A stretch of 64,000 nucleotides of DNA from Centroscyllium fabricii (lineage: Eukaryota): contig JBNRSN020000006.1 of NCBI GenBank assembly GCA_051313645.2, positions 294,562,001 through 294,626,000 on the forward strand, written 5' to 3'. Shown here piece after piece: positions 50,484 to 63,962 of this stretch; the stretch's first letter is position 1; each line of letters begins with the position of its first letter. The position numbers and the translations under genes are program-made. Under the pieces are notes generated by a model. It was not told the origin of the DNA. It worked only from the letters and a program-made list of their open reading frames with translations, and ran no database searches.

Positions 50484-51880
50484 TCAATTTTCAATTCAAA
50501 TAGCTTTATTGGCATGAATGGTATCAACCTTTGTTGCTAAAGCATTGTAACATACATAAAAATACATTAGTAGAGCATTGTAACATACATATAAATAATA
50601 CCTTAGTAGACGTAATAACAACAGTACTAACAGAATATATACAACCGCATCCGTAGTAACATCAATAGATATATAGCTTAAATGCAGTTTCAAACAATAT
50701 CACAGTCAATGTTGGTCATTCTCTGCCTGTGTGTGCGTGCATGTGTGCATGTTGGTCAATCATTGTCCCTCAGGTTGTGGCATGCTGTTACGTATTGTGC
50801 ACCAAGCTGTGCCCTATCTCCTTCGCCAAGGATTATTTTTAGTTTTAAGGTATCATCTAATTCTTTGAAATCTGGGATTTCTAGGCCCAGTTTGTCAAAG
50901 TATGTTTTCCTTGTTTTGTCGAATTTTTTGCAATTTAGGAGGAAGGGCATCTCTGTTTCAACCTCATCTGTCAAGCAGTGACCGCATATTCTATTTTCTC
51001 TTGGCTGCCAGGATTTCTTCTGTCTTCCTTTTTCGACTGCCAACTGGTGGTCACTTAGTCTGTACCTGGTGAGGGTCTGTCTCTGCTTTATATTTCTGAC
51101 AGTTGAAAGATAGTCTGCCAATTTATAATCTCTTTCTAGGGCACGGTAGCATTCTACTAGTCTGCTTTGGTTTTTTGTTGCTTTTTCCCAATGTTCCAAA
51201 TATGTTTCTTTGCATTTTTTGATAATTTGGTTCACTCTAATTGATGTTTGGAAAGCAGTGTTGATCTGAGACTGGTCAAGGTTTGACTGAGTAGGGGTAG
51301 TTAGTCTCAGCACCAACTGACACAGGGGACTCTTTTCTGGGTTCCGCTCTTGGGTTTGGAGTGCTTTAAACTGGAGGGAGTCTGGGTGGCTAGATTTAAG
51401 GTGAGTCCAAAAATTTAATATTCTTTTTTGGATATTTATGATCAGTGGGTATCTGCCTAGTTCCGCCCTACATGCGTTTGTTGGTGTTTTCCTTTGGGTG
51501 CGGAGGATGCTCCGGCAAAATTCCGCATGTAGGGCCTCCATTGTGTGTTTTTCCCATTTGGCATAACTATGATGGCTGAGCGAACCCCACACTTCACTAC
51601 CATAAAGCGCAATGGGTTGGATTACGCTATCAAATATTTTAAGCCAGATTTTAATTGGGATTTGGATGTTGTAGAATTTTCTTTTGATTGCATACATAGC
51701 CCTTCGAGCTTTCTCTTTTAGTGCATTCACTGCCATGCTGAAGCTCCCTGATGCTGTAATGGTTAGACCAAGGTAAGTGTAGCTCATAGTGTGTTCGATA
51801 ATGGTATCCTTAAGGGTGAATTTGTATTTGTCTTCCTGACATCTGTTTTATTTGTTGAAAAATCATGATGTTTGTTTTCT
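50484..51880 (-). mobile_element. RTE-X-like LINE 3' portion
   Basis: 343-aa ORF: YTYLGL, IFDSVIQPIALYGSEVWG, ELGRYP, RLSDHQLAVEKGR and RICGHC..ETE Zn-knuckle-like region; AATAAA plus (ATTGA)n tail. Confidence 0.75.
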
Positions 51881-52183
51881 CCCTCATTCTCTACCCCTCT
51901 CATTCTCTCTCTCTCTCATTCTCTCTCTCTCATTCTCTGTTTCTCTCATTCTCTATCCCTCTCTCATTCTCTCTCTCTCTCATTCTCTCTCTCTCTCATT
52001 CTCTCTCTCTCTCATTCTCTGTTTCTCTCATTCTCTATCTTTCTCCCTCATTCTCTACCCCTCTCATCCTCTATCCCTCTCATTCTCTATCTCTCTCATT
52101 CTCTATCTCTCTCATTCTCTATCTCTCTCATTCTCTGTCTCTCTCATTCTCTCTCTCATTCTCTCTCTCTCTCATCCTCTATC
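51881..52183. repeat. (CT)n/CTCATT compound microsatellite
   Basis: Directly visible. Confidence 0.95.
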
Positions 52184-52336
52184 NNNNNNNNNNNNNNNNN
52201 NNNNNNNNNNNNNNNNNNNNNNNNNNNNNNNNNNNNNNNNNNNNNNNNNNNNNNNNNNNNNNNNNNNNNNNNNNNNNNNNNNNNNNNNNNNNNNNNNNNN
52301 NNNNNNNNNNNNNNNNNNNNNNNNNNNNNNNNNNNN
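52184..52336. other. Assembly gap
   Basis: N run. Confidence 1.
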
Positions 52337-53124
52337 CTCTATCACCGTCATTCTGTTTATCTCACTTTTCTCTTTTTTCAGTTCACCTTTCCCTCTCTCT
52401 CAGTCAATCTCATTGTTTATTTCGGTGACCCTGAAATTCTCTTGAGCTCTTTGGCTCTGTCGGTCATTCGCAGTTCCTGTCATTTCTCTGCCCATCTCCC
52501 TCTCACTGCCCCGGTCTCTCGCCATAACACTTCCTGATTGACTCCAGTTTCCAGCCTTTTATTGACCAGCTGAATACAACAGTACATTAATACAATAACC
52601 TCTTCCCCCGTATAAACTCTGCTCCATTGCCTGAGCCCACCAGCCACATTCCACTGGTGAACGGCGGGTAAATAAATGGCTACAGCGACTCTGAGACAAG
52701 AGTGGAGATGGAGTTCTCGGCTCCACAGGGGATTCACGTGTCTGGGGAGATGACTGAAGACCAACCATTGAGACACGTTCAAGCAAAACACATTGCAATC
52801 ACTCATCAGTCATAATTATACAACCTGGTATGAACAAATGGACTCAGATTGTTAACAGAAGTACGGTTAATACATTATTAACGGGAAAGACAGCTGAACA
52901 AGAAAAGGTGCTTACTGAACCTTAAGCTGAAGGACAACAATGTCACTCTCCGCCATATTTCATCCATTTCTCTGGCTTCATTTCTTGTTCCTCTCGCTAC
53001 TCTTAAACACTCTGTCCCCAGTTGCTAAATGCACTCAGTTCGGGGCTAGGGCTGTAATATATAAACCACTTTGGTTTCTTTTCTTACCTTGAAATTTCAT
53101 GTATTGGGTGAATGTGTGAATATC

Positions 53125-53826
53125 TGTATAAGTGTGTATCTGTACTGTAGGGGTGTGTGTATCTGTATTGTGGGGAGTGTGTGTGTGTATATCTGTACTG
53201 TAGGGGAGTGTGTGTGCGTATCTACTGTAGGGGGGTGTGTGTGTATCTGTATTGTAGGGGTGTGTGTGTGTGTATCTACAGTAGGGGTGTGTGTATCGAC
53301 TGTAGGGGGGTGTGTGTGTATCTGTATTGTAGGGGTGTGTGTGTGTGTATCTACAGTAGGGGTGTGTGTATCGACTGTAGGGGGGTGTGTGTGTATCTGT
53401 ACTGTAGGGGTGTGTGTATCTGTATTGTGGGGAGTGTGTGTGTGTATATCTGTACTGTAGGGGAGTGTGTGTGTGCGTATCTACTGTAGGGGGGTGTGTG
53501 TGTATCTGTATTGTAGGGGTGTGTGTGTGTGTATCTACAGTAGGGGTGTGTGTATCGACTGTAGGGGGGTGTGTGTGTATCTGTATTGTAGGGGCGTGTG
53601 TGTGTGTATCTACTGTAGGTGTATGTGTGTCTATCTGTATTGTAGGGGCATGTGTGTATCTACTGTAGGGGTGTGTATCTGTACTGTGGGGGGGTGTATC
53701 TGCACTGTAGGGGTGTGTGTGTATCTGTATTGTAGGGGTGTGTGTGTGTGTATCTGCATTGTAGGGGTGTGTGTGTGTGTATCTGCACTGTAGGGGCGTG
53801 TGTGTATCTGCACTGTAGGTGTGTGC
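53125..53826. repeat. (GT)-based minisatellite TGTAGGGG(TG)nTATCTG
   Basis: Directly visible. Confidence 0.95.
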
Positions 53827-53969
53827 AATGTTCCCTATAATTTTGGGGGGATTACGTGGCCCATTCAAAAGTCTGGGCATGCGCATTTTTTCCAATGTAA
53901 AAGGTGGCTCACTGGCTGCGCAGAACCCCTGGAGTGCTGTGCGGCCACACAGCTTAAAGGCAGCATTGG

Positions 53970-54142
53970 GGATGTGTGTATATTGGTGTGTATATTGGTG
54001 TGTGTATTGGTGTGTGTATTGGTGTGTAGGTGTGTGTATATTGGTGTGTGTATTGGTGTGTAGATGTGCGTATATTTGTGTGTGTACTGGTGTGTAGGTG
54101 TGCATATATTTGTGTGTAGGTGTGTGTATATTGGTGTTTATG
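53970..54142. repeat. GTGTATTGGTGT low-complexity repeat
   Basis: Directly visible. Confidence 0.9.
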
Positions 54143-54576
54143 TGTGGAGATGCACCATTCACATTTCTCAAGTTGGATGATGAGCAGGTATTGGGACTAT
54201 TAAATAAATCTGTCTTTTATATGTGTCTCATAAATCAAAAATTTGCTGCAGCAACTAACCTGGCCGAGGGAAGATCCTGCCAAAGCCGTTCAATCGGGCT
54301 GAAGGTGAGTGTCAGGGGAGCGACGTTTGACCTTTGCTGAGGCCTCAGATTATTCCGTTCACGATGACTGATTGCTCTGTGGGAATCAGTAACTTCACGG
54401 CTGACCAACTTGACGGTGAACAATGCAGAAATATAGAAAAACAAATTCAATAAATCCAATTATGCAAATATTTCACTTTTAATATCTGACAAGCTAATTC
54501 GAGTGCAGTTTTAATCTGATAGGAGTTACAGCAGTTGATTTTTTTTTACTGGATACGGTAGTACTGTACAGTGGTT

Positions 54577-55308
54577 ATAGAACATAGAACATAGATTGTA
54601 CAGCACTGTACAGGCCCTAGGCCCTCAATGTAGTGCCGCGCTTAGTCCGTCTCTGATTATTTGCATCCCCCTACTCTTCATTCCCCTCCATGTATCTATC
54701 TATCATCCTCTTAAAAGCTCCCAGACTGTCCGCTTCCACTATTTTGGATGGCAGCCTATTCCACGCCCCGACCACTCTCTGGGTAAAGAACTTGCCCCTA
54801 CCATCCCTTCTGAATCTTCCTCCCTGAATCCTGTAGGCGTGCCCTCTTGTCACCGTCCTTCCTACCCGAGGAAACAGTCTCTGCACGTCCACTCTATCGA
54901 TCCCCTTCATCATCTTAAACACCTCTATTAAGTCCCCCCTCGTCCTTCTCCGCTCCAGGGAGAAGTCCCAGTTCCCTCAACCTCTCCTCATACGACTTAC
55001 CCCCCCAGTCCAGGCAGCATTCTGGCGAATCTCCTCTGCACTCTTTCTAAAGCCTCCACCTCCTTCCTATAGTATGGTGCCCAGAACTGTACACAGTACT
55101 CCAGGTGCGGTCTCACCAGTGACCTGTACAGCTGCAGCATAACCCCCCGGTTCCTAAACTCCAATCCCCTGTTGATGAACGCCAATGCACCATAGGCCTT
55201 TTTTACTGCCTTGTCTACCTGGGTGGCAGCCTTCAATGACCTGTGCACATATACTCCAAGATCCCTCTGCTCCTCTGCTTCCCTCAGGACCCTGCCGTTG
55301 ACCCTATA
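54577..55308 (-). mobile_element. CR1 3' fragment, same subfamily as 27128-30840
   Basis: HRSLKAATQVDKAVKKAYG and GRFRRDGRGKFFTQ shared. Confidence 0.92.
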
Positions 55309-55864
55309 CTTTTTTCCAGCGTAGAAAATCCTGGTCTTGGTCCGTAGAAAAACGTTTTAAAAATATCGGAATGACTGGGATGCTCCCGTAGTTCGCTGCT
55401 TCCTGCGCTGGCCCTCGCAGGAAGTCCAACCCCCCCGCTGGGCGGCACAGGAAAACCCAAAGCTGCGCTACCGGCTGCTTCCTGCGGGTTTAAGCTCTGG
55501 TTATGTTACTGGACGAGTAATCCAGAGACCTGGACTAATGATCCGGAGACAGGAGTTCGAATCCCACCATGGCAACTGGGGAACTTAAATTCAGTTAATT
55601 AAACCTGGAATAAAAAGTTAGTATCAGTAATGGTGACCAGGAAACCACCAGATGAGGGTGTCTGCCTCTCCCACCCTTTCAGGTAGTGAATTCCACCCCC
55701 CCCCCCCCCCCCCCCCCCCCCGCCCCCACCACCCTCTGGGTGAGATAAGTACATGGTGCAAGGCATTGGGGCCTTGTAAATGTTATTACACCTGCACTTA
55801 ACCCATTTGGCTGACCTGATTTTCCATTTGTAGCAGGTTGGTGGGGCAGGATAGTAAATACTTT

Positions 55865-56628
55865 GGCCCAGAAATTGCAGTGGAGCCTTCGTGCGGTTGC
55901 AGTACCTGCTTAACGCACTTGAACTGCCCATATTCAGGTTTGCTTTTTTGCACTGAGAAATTCCCGTTAGCCCAGCTTGTCAGAGCTCCGTGCGAGCTTC
56001 ATGGGCATCTGAAGGGTGTAATTAGTGCGAGATGGCTTTTGAGACCACCTGACTGGCAGGGAGCCAATCAGTGGAACCAATTCTCCATTCAAAACTTCCA
56101 CTGAGAAATCTGTGCAAGTTCTGAAAGGAGAGATTACCCAAAAGACATCTAAACACAAAAATAAAATTTTACAAACACCACATTTTTTTAACATTACCCC
56201 AACTAACACAAATAACTTATTTTAAAGAAAAAATAAAAATTTGCAGAAAAATCTTTCAACTTCCAACAGGCCTAAAAAATTACTTACCTGTCTTTAAAGT
56301 TGTCAACAATTAAAAACCTGATAAAACAACAATTAAAATCAATAAAATACACACTTACCAGATAAAAATGGCTACTTACGACTGCTTTTTCCCAGCGTAG
56401 AAAATCCTGGTCTTGGTCCGTAGAAAAACTTAAATAAAATATCGGAATCACTGGATGCTCCCGTAGTTCGCTGCTTCCTGCGCTGGCCCTCGCAGGAACT
56501 CCAACCCCCCCGCTGGGCGGCACAGGAAAACCCGAAGCAGCGCTACCGGCTGCTTCCTGTGGGTTTAAGCTCTGGTGCGCTCGCACCAGAGATTAAACCC
56601 GATATGCGCAGACTGCAATTTCTGGCCC
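55865..56628. mobile_element. MITE (TIR GGCCCAGAAATT), uninterrupted copy
   Basis: Homologous to 1814-3573; partial third copy at about 55309-55500. Confidence 0.85.
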
Positions 56629-57679
56629 ATTATTTAACAAGTTGTTTTGGAGCCACGGATCGTAACCTGTATAGTGTAACATGAAGCTGCACAACTTGTC
56701 TGTTTATTTTTTAACTGGAACTGTGCAAAATATTAATAGTTCTTCTGGCAGGTTCTGGTTACTGTGGTTACATGATATTTTAGTTATAGCCATGATTTCT
56801 GTGTTAAGCAATGTTTTCCAATAAGGCCTCAGAAATTTAATCCAAATGGGAATTCAGGAGAAACTTCTTCACCCAGAGAGTGGTGAGAATGTGGAACTCG
56901 CTACCACAGGGAGTGGTTGAGGTGAATAGCATAGATGCCTTCAAGGGGAAGCTGGATAAACTCATAAGAGAGAAAGGGATAGAAGGATATGTTGATGGGG
57001 TGAAACGAAGGTGAGAGGAGGCTCGTGTGGAGCATAAACACCGGGATAGATCTTTTGGGCCGAATAGCCTGTTTCTGTGCTGTAAATACAGGTTGAGCAC
57101 CGTTAATCCGGCAACCGTTAATCTGGCACCTTCAGTCGTCCGGCATGAAAACCGAGCGGCACTCTTCAGCGTTCCGAGCAGCCGCTCGGCGGCGCAACCG
57201 CTTCCCGTGCTTTGGTTTGATGGAAAAATACCTGTCTTGTAGAAGTTCTATCCCCGGGAGTTCTCCCGGGGCGTGTTCCGCCTGCTCCAGCCCCTTGGAG
57301 TGTTGTACCGGGTTCCCTCCCAGGGCTTGTTCCAACTGCGTGCTTGGACCCCGTGGTGCTCGCAACCACGCGCTCCCTTCCGGGGCATTTTCCGACCACG
57401 TGCTGCTACCTTCTGGGGTGTGTTCCCACTGCGCGCTTCAACCCCGTGCTGTGTGCTACCACGCGCTCCGGCCCCGTGGAGTGCTGTACCCGCGAGTTCC
57501 GTCCAGCATAGAGAGCTCCGTCCAGCATAGAGTCACAGCGACATACATTTATACATCACAAACATCTTCAGTGATCCTGCATGATTTCTAACCCAATTTA
57601 AGCAAGCATTGTATGCATGTGCAATCGTCAATGCCAGTGATCTAAGGTGCCATATCGAAGGGTAAATTATAGCCAGAAA

Positions 57680-60499
57680 TAACCAAAGAGGCCAACAGAT
57701 GGTGATAGTGGTAATCCTGGGAAGCGTAAGCATGTGTCATTAACGCTGTTGGAAAAGGTTAAGTTATTGAGAAAACTGGACAGCGGAACATTAGTAAAAG
57801 CCTTGTGCGATCAGTACAATGTTGGCGCATCTACTGTGTACGATATTTAAAAAACAGAAAGATAAAATTAGAAAGTTCTTCGCTGACACAGAAACTAAAA
57901 AGGTGATCACATCACATAAGACAATTAAGGGAGGGTAAGCAAGCTGACGTGGGGTGTGCTCTCATGCAGTGGTTCAAGCAGTTTCGCACTGTGGAGTCAG
58001 GCTTTATTTCTGGAGAAATGATTATAGCACAGGCGAGGCTATTCCACAGAGAATTCAACATTCAGGAGGAATTTGAATATTCACAGGGCTGGCTGCATAG
58101 GTTTAAAAAGAGGCGCGGCGTTAGCTTGTACCGCGTGTGCGGTGAGATGAAAAGTTGCAGACGCAGAAGCAGCCACGGCATTTGTGGAGGAATTCGCCAG
58201 GTATGTTGCAGGTGAGAGATTATCACCTGAATAAGTTTACAATGCGGACGAAACAGCTCTGTATTGGAAATGCATGCCAAAGAAAACGTTGGCTTCGGAC
58301 ACTGAGGAGGTGTGAAGGGTTCCAAGGAGAGAGCAACTGTACTTGGCTGCAGTAATGCTAGTCACAGGTGCAAACTGCTCGTGATCGGAAAAAGTGTTAA
58401 CCCACGTGCATTTAAAGGTGTTAGAATCTTCCCGGTCATTTATTGGGGGAATAGGAAAGGACAAGTGAATTTTTTCTTCAGTGGTATGTGAAGCATTTTC
58501 AATTCAATTCAATTCAAATTTGTTGTCATTGCAGAGTACTGGTATAATACAACGAGACGAAGACTCGCCGCTCCCGAGAGTAGTGCAAATAAGTTACGTA
58601 CAATTGCATACAGTAAAGTACATTATCAGGTGTGCAGATGCTGGAGTTTTTTGTTAGAGTTCAGGAGGCTGACAGCCCTGGGGAAGAAGCTGTTCTTGAA
58701 TCTAGTCGTGCGGGTGCGAATTGATCTGTAGTGTCTCCCGGAGGGCAGGGGGGTGAACAGACTATGGCTGGGGTGTGTGGGGTCTTTAATAATGTTCAGA
58801 GACCTCCATGGGCAACGTTTGAGGTAGGTGCATTCAATTGACGGTAGCTGGGAGCCGGTGATTCGTTGGGCAGTTTTGACTACCCGCTGCAGGGCCTTCC
58901 GGTCCGAGATGGTGCAGTTTCCATACCAGACAGTGATGCAGCTTGTCAGTATGCTTTCAATTGTGCAGCGATAGAAGTTGGTGAGGATGCCGGATGTCAG
59001 CTTGGCCTTTTTCAGCTACCTTAGGAAATCCAGGCGCTGTTGGGCCTTCTTTATCAGAGAGGAGGTGTTTAGTGACCAGGAGAGGTCTTCCGAGATGTGG
59101 ACCCCAAGGAACTTGAAACTGGACACCCTTTCCAGTCTTCCGGAAGTCCACTATGATCTCCTTAGTTTTCTTGGTGTTCAGTGCCAGGTTGTTGTCGGCA
59201 CACCATCCCACAAGGCGCTGAATCTCATCCCTGTAGGCTGACTCATTGTTGTTGGCGATCTGGCCAACCACCGTGGTGTCGTCCGCAAACTTGATGATCA
59301 TGTTGGAGCCATGGACAGCTGCACAGTCGTGGGTGAAGAGGGAGTAGAGGAGGGGGCTCAGCACACAGCCTTGTGGGGCCCCCGTGTTCAGGGTAAGTTG
59401 GGGGGGGAGGTGAGGTTGCCTAACTTCACAGACTGTGGTCTGTTGGTTAGGAAGTCCAGGGTCCAGTTGCAGAGGGAGGTGTTCAGGCCGAGGGTGAGGA
59501 GTTTGTTAGACAATTTGCTGGGGACGATAGCGTTGAATGCTGAGCTGTAGTCAATAAACAGCATTCTAATATATGTATCTTTGCTATCCAGGTGGTTTAG
59601 TGCAGAGTGAAGAGCCGTAGTGATTGCATCTTCCGTTGATCTGTTTCCTCGATAGGCTAGAGTTTTGTGCCAGAGTCACGAGCACATTGCAAAAGTGTGG
59701 CCTTGACTCAAATTGTAAAATAGTCTTGGTTCTGGACAATTGTTCCTCCCACCCTAAGACTGAAAAACTAGTTCTAGGTAACACGACAGCTATCTATTTA
59801 CCCCCAAACTGCACATCTGTTATCCAGCCATGCGATCAAGGAATCCTTTGATCAATGAAATCAAAGTACAGGTCAGAATTAATGCACCGCATTTTACTGG
59901 CAGTTCATGGAGGGAAGCGCCTGACAGAAGTTCTGAAGGATTTCAACATGAAGGATATGATATGGTCACTAGCTCGTGCCTGGGAAAAGGTAACTCCAGA
60001 CACTCTGAAGCATGGGTGGCATAATCTGTGGCCAGCTTGTATGTTTGACACTGACAATGATGTTGCTGAAGCCAATTTCGTTGGGTTTCGCATTTCTGAG
60101 GAAACATAAATAATTTCTGAGTTACTGGATTATGCCAAGGGTTTGTCCAACCCTGCAGTATTGGCGATGACAGACAATTTGGAGCAGGATGACTTACATG
60201 ATTGGATGGGTGTCGACCATGATGTACCTGTTGTAAACCAGATGATAGATGAAGAAATTGTTCGAATGATACAGATTGAGAAGAATGCGCATGTAGAAGT
60301 AAGTGATGACGATGATGATGATGAGGATGACGATGAGGAAAGGTATTCTATTGACAAATGCATTCAGTTAGCAACAGATCTCATAAAAGGATTAGAACAA
60401 CGGAACTTCATCTCGGAACAACAGATAATGAATGTTTACATGATCCAAGAAGCGCTTATCCGGGAAAAACCCAAACACATGCGGCATACAAGCCTTTAA
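57680..60499 (+). pseudogene. CENP-B/TIGD-like DDE transposase pseudogene
   Basis: KRKHVSLTLLEK HTH, SQGWLHRFKKR, YNADETAL, LVLDNCSSHP, LPPNCTSVIQPCDQGI and an acidic tail; stops, frameshifts and a LINE insertion. Confidence 0.88.
58497..59652 (-). mobile_element. Rex1/Babar-clade LINE inserted in the transposase
   Basis: Same family as 1871-2878. Confidence 0.85.
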
Positions 60500-60791
60500 A
60501 ACTGGTTACGCACAAAGAAGGAAGACACCGAGAGTCAACGCCCTATGGGGAGCATCGATAATCCTGTCGCCTCTACCTCATCTGCCCCATATGTCCCATC
60601 AGCTGTTGGCCCAGAAGAAACCCCAGAAGAAACTTTAGACAATGAAGAAACCCCTGATGTCAGATACAGGGATACCCTGTATAAGTTGACTTGGACTTAT
60701 TATGTGACCATTTTTTTGTAATTGAAAGGTAAGAGAATGATTGTTTTTTATTTAATCCTTACCTGTACAATACTGCAATGTGTTTATACTG

Positions 60792-61063
60792 TGTGGTAAA
60801 CCACTGTATATTGTATATATATGTCTCCCCCTTGTGTCCCCTCCCTGTAACTGCACGTAACGCCTCCCTGCCAGGGAGGACTCACCTGGGAGGACTCCGC
60901 TCCTCGGCTTCCTCCCCAGGCTCCGCCCACTGTGTATAAAAGTGAGAGCACACCTGAGTGCTCTCACTTTGGCTTGGAAGATCGTCGGACCTGTGTCCAC
61001 TTCTATGTGAATAAAAGCCTCGATTACATCTAACCATCGACTGGCGTAATTGATTGTACATCA
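60792..61063 (+). mobile_element. Solo LTR
   Basis: TGTGGTAA...ATCA, TSD TACTG. Confidence 0.92.
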
Positions 61064-61674
61064 TACTGTTGGTTTTATCTACCTCTTTCCAGCTCTCCAG
61101 TTATTTCAGGTACCCTGTACAGTAATCTGTGACGCACTTTCAGTGGAGCGTGGACGTTTGGGTTGATGTTATTTTGTGCGTTCTAAGTTTTCTCTCACCA
61201 GTTAATCTGTGTTTGTCCAGTTAATCTGTGTTTGGCATGGTTGAGGGAGGATCACTGGTCTGTTCATAAATAAATAGCTTTAATAAATTGCAGTTTCTAC
61301 ATTGTTGCATTTCTTTGCTGCACAGAAGGCACCTGTGATTTAATGTGTAATCTAGTTTTGCTTTTACAAAAATAAACAACCCAACAATTAAAAGGAATTC
61401 ATGACAAAGTTTAACCAGCAAATTAAGTCTGCAGAAATCGGGCGGTCAGCATTTGAAATACTCTTTGCAGTGTTCTACCCATGCGCAGCGGCATCTTGGA
61501 CTGGTCTACGCGCGCGCTGCGGCAACTTGGACTGGTCTGCGCGCATGCTGCAGCCACTTGGACTGGTCTGCGCACAGTGGTTCGGCATTTTCAGTAGTCC
61601 GGCCCCGGCCTGGTCCCGAGGGTGCCGGATTAACGGTGCTCAACCTGTACTGTGTCATTGTCTGTGATAGAGGA

Positions 61675-62517
61675 TTTTTTTTAAATTCGCTTATGGGATG
61701 TGGGCATCGCTGGCAAGGCCTGCATTTATTGCCCATCCCTTGTTGCCCTAGAGAAGGTGGTGGTGAGCTGCCTTCTTGAACTGCTGCAGTCCGTGTGGTG
61801 AAGGTACTCCCACAGTGCTGTTAGGGAGGGAGTTCCAGAATTTTGACCCAGTGACGATGAAGGATCGGCGATTATATTTCCAAGTCAGGGTGGTGTGTGA
61901 TTCGGAGGGGAACTTGGAGGTGGTGCTGTTCCCATGCGCCTGCTGCCCTTGTCCTTCTAGGTGGAAGAGGTCGCAGGTTTGGGAGGTGCTGCTGAAGAAG
62001 CCTTGGCGAGTTGCTGCAGTGCATCTTGTAGATGGTACACACGGCAGCCATGGTGCGCCGATGGTGGAGGGAGTGAATGTTTAAGGTGGTGGATGGGGTG
62101 CCAAATATACGGACTACTTTGTCTTGGATGGTGTCGAGCTTCTTGAGTGTTGTTGGAGCTGCACTCATCCAGGCAAGTGGAGAGTATTCCATCACACTCC
62201 TGACTTGTGCCTTATATATGGTGGAAAGGCCTTGGGGAATCAGGAGGTGAGCCATTCGCCACAGAATACTTAGCCTCTGACCTGCTCTTGTAGCCACAGT
62301 ATTTATGTGGCTGGTCCAGTTAAGTTTCTGGTCAATGGTGACCCCCCAGGATGTTGATGGTGGGAGATTTGGCGATGGTAATGCCATTGAATGTGAAGGG
62401 GAGGTGGTTAGACTCTCGTTTGTTGGAGATATTCATTGCCTGGCACTTCTGTGGCCCAAATGTTACCTGCCACTTATCAGCCCAAGCCTGAATGTCGTCC
62501 AGGTCTTGTTGCATGCG
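61675..62517 (-). mobile_element. CR1/L2-group LINE 3' portion (second lineage)
   Basis: GVTIDQKLNWTSHI..YKAQVRSVMEY motifs. Confidence 0.8.
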
Positions 62518-62518
62518 A

Positions 62519-63150
62519 GAAGTCACACAGCACCAGATTATAGTCCAACAGTTTTATTTTAAATCACAAGCTTTCGGAGCTTTTGCCCCTTCGTCAGGTG
62601 AAAGAGAGACTGACTTAAAGAACGCACATATGGGACGATGGGAGAAATCCGATATCTCCCACATCTCACCTTAGCAGAGATAGACACACAAAGGCGTATT
62701 AACATATTTTAAGAGTTTCATTTAAACATAGCATAGAAAGAGAGAGAACAATGTGGTCTCTCCAGCTGTTTCACATCACACCTCAGCTGAGGGACATCAA
62801 AGCAATCAAAGGTGTTCCAACATATCAGCCAGCCTGAGATCAAAGGGTGCAAAGGGTCAAACGCTACAGTTTGCTGTAAATCCCACAGAATGATTTTTTA
62901 AAAACAAGGATTTTTCTTACTTAAAATCGCAGAACAAGCCAAAGATGGTTCGAGTCTGGATGACTCTACGTCAGGCGGGGTCACATGTAGCGCGACATAA
63001 ATCCAATATCACGGTTGAGGCCGTGCTCATGGGTGCGGAACTTGGCTATCAGCCTCTGCTCGACGATTTTGCATTGTCGTGTGTCTCGAAGGCCACCTTG
63101 GAGAATGCTTACCCGAAGATCGGAGGCTGAATGTCCTTGATTGACCTTCA
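62519..63150 (-). mobile_element. Penelope-like element 3' end (GIY-YIG C-terminus plus hammerhead motif)
   Basis: HSASDLRVSILQG..EQRLIAKFRTHEHGLNRD. Confidence 0.75.
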
Positions 63151-63550
63151 ACCACCACAACCTGAATTCCATTAAGTGTTTCCTGCAGGTATTATTGCTT
63201 ATGAGATGGTTATATGACTGCAATTGTGTCTAACTAGAGGGATCTTAACTGAATTTATAATGTATGAAATTAAAAATTCTTAAAAGTAAAGTAAAATTTG
63301 TCTTTTTTCTCAGCTTATTTCCCTTTTCTCCCCTCCACTTATACAGGCAATAATTCTTGCTCAGGTTTCCGTTCCTAATCACTAGTGACTCCAGCTGGAG
63401 TCCTTTGGATTCAGGGGCAACAGACAGGTTGCTACCTCCTTCCTCAAGAAGCCATTCTCCATGTGCGATTTTACATGGCCAGTGTTGGAAGGTAGTGTAA
63501 CTGTGAGCCCATCACAATTAAACCTGATCCTGCCCTTGCCTAATCTTAAT

Positions 63551-63962
63551 ACATAGAAACATAGAAACTAGGAGCAGGAGTCGGCCATTCGGCCCTTCGA
63601 GCCTGCTCCGCCATTCAATGAGATCATGGCTGATCATCCAAACCCAGTACCCCGCCCCTGCCCTCTCCCCATATCCCTCGATCCCTATCGAGCCTCCATC
63701 GACACATATCCTACCCTATCCCTGTAACCCCACATATTCAAACCGCCTAACACTAAGGGTCAATTTATCATGGCCAATCAACCTAACCCGCACATCTTTG
63801 GACTGTGGGACTGTGGGAGGAAACCGGAGCACCCGGAGGAAACCCACGCAGACACGGGGAGAATGTGCAAACTCCACACAGATAGCACCCGAGGCTGGAT
63901 TTGAACCCGGGTCTCCAGTGCTGTGAGACGACAGTGCTAACCACTGTGCCACCGTGCCGCCC
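63551..63962 (-). mobile_element. HE1-like V-SINE
   Basis: Full-length copy with an 8-bp internal duplication GACTGTGG. Confidence 0.9.

Larger units (their letters stand above)
57089..61647 (+). mobile_element. Tigger/pogo DNA transposon, full-length but decayed
   Basis: TIR CAGGTTGAGCACCGTTAATCCGGCA at both ends, TA TSD. Confidence 0.92.

Noticed and set aside
52510-52860. Fifth solo LTR
   Set aside because: LTR-like AATAAA and TG/CA candidates, but I could not find a matching TSD
53035-54171. 378-aa His/Thr-rich ORF
   Set aside because: Translation of a (CA)-based minisatellite
54225-54310. Possible exon (GAAG|GTGAGT donor) or STK3-like NF* ending
   Set aside because: No recognisable protein match and a weak acceptor; the minus-strand ORF does not match the STK3 SARAH tail
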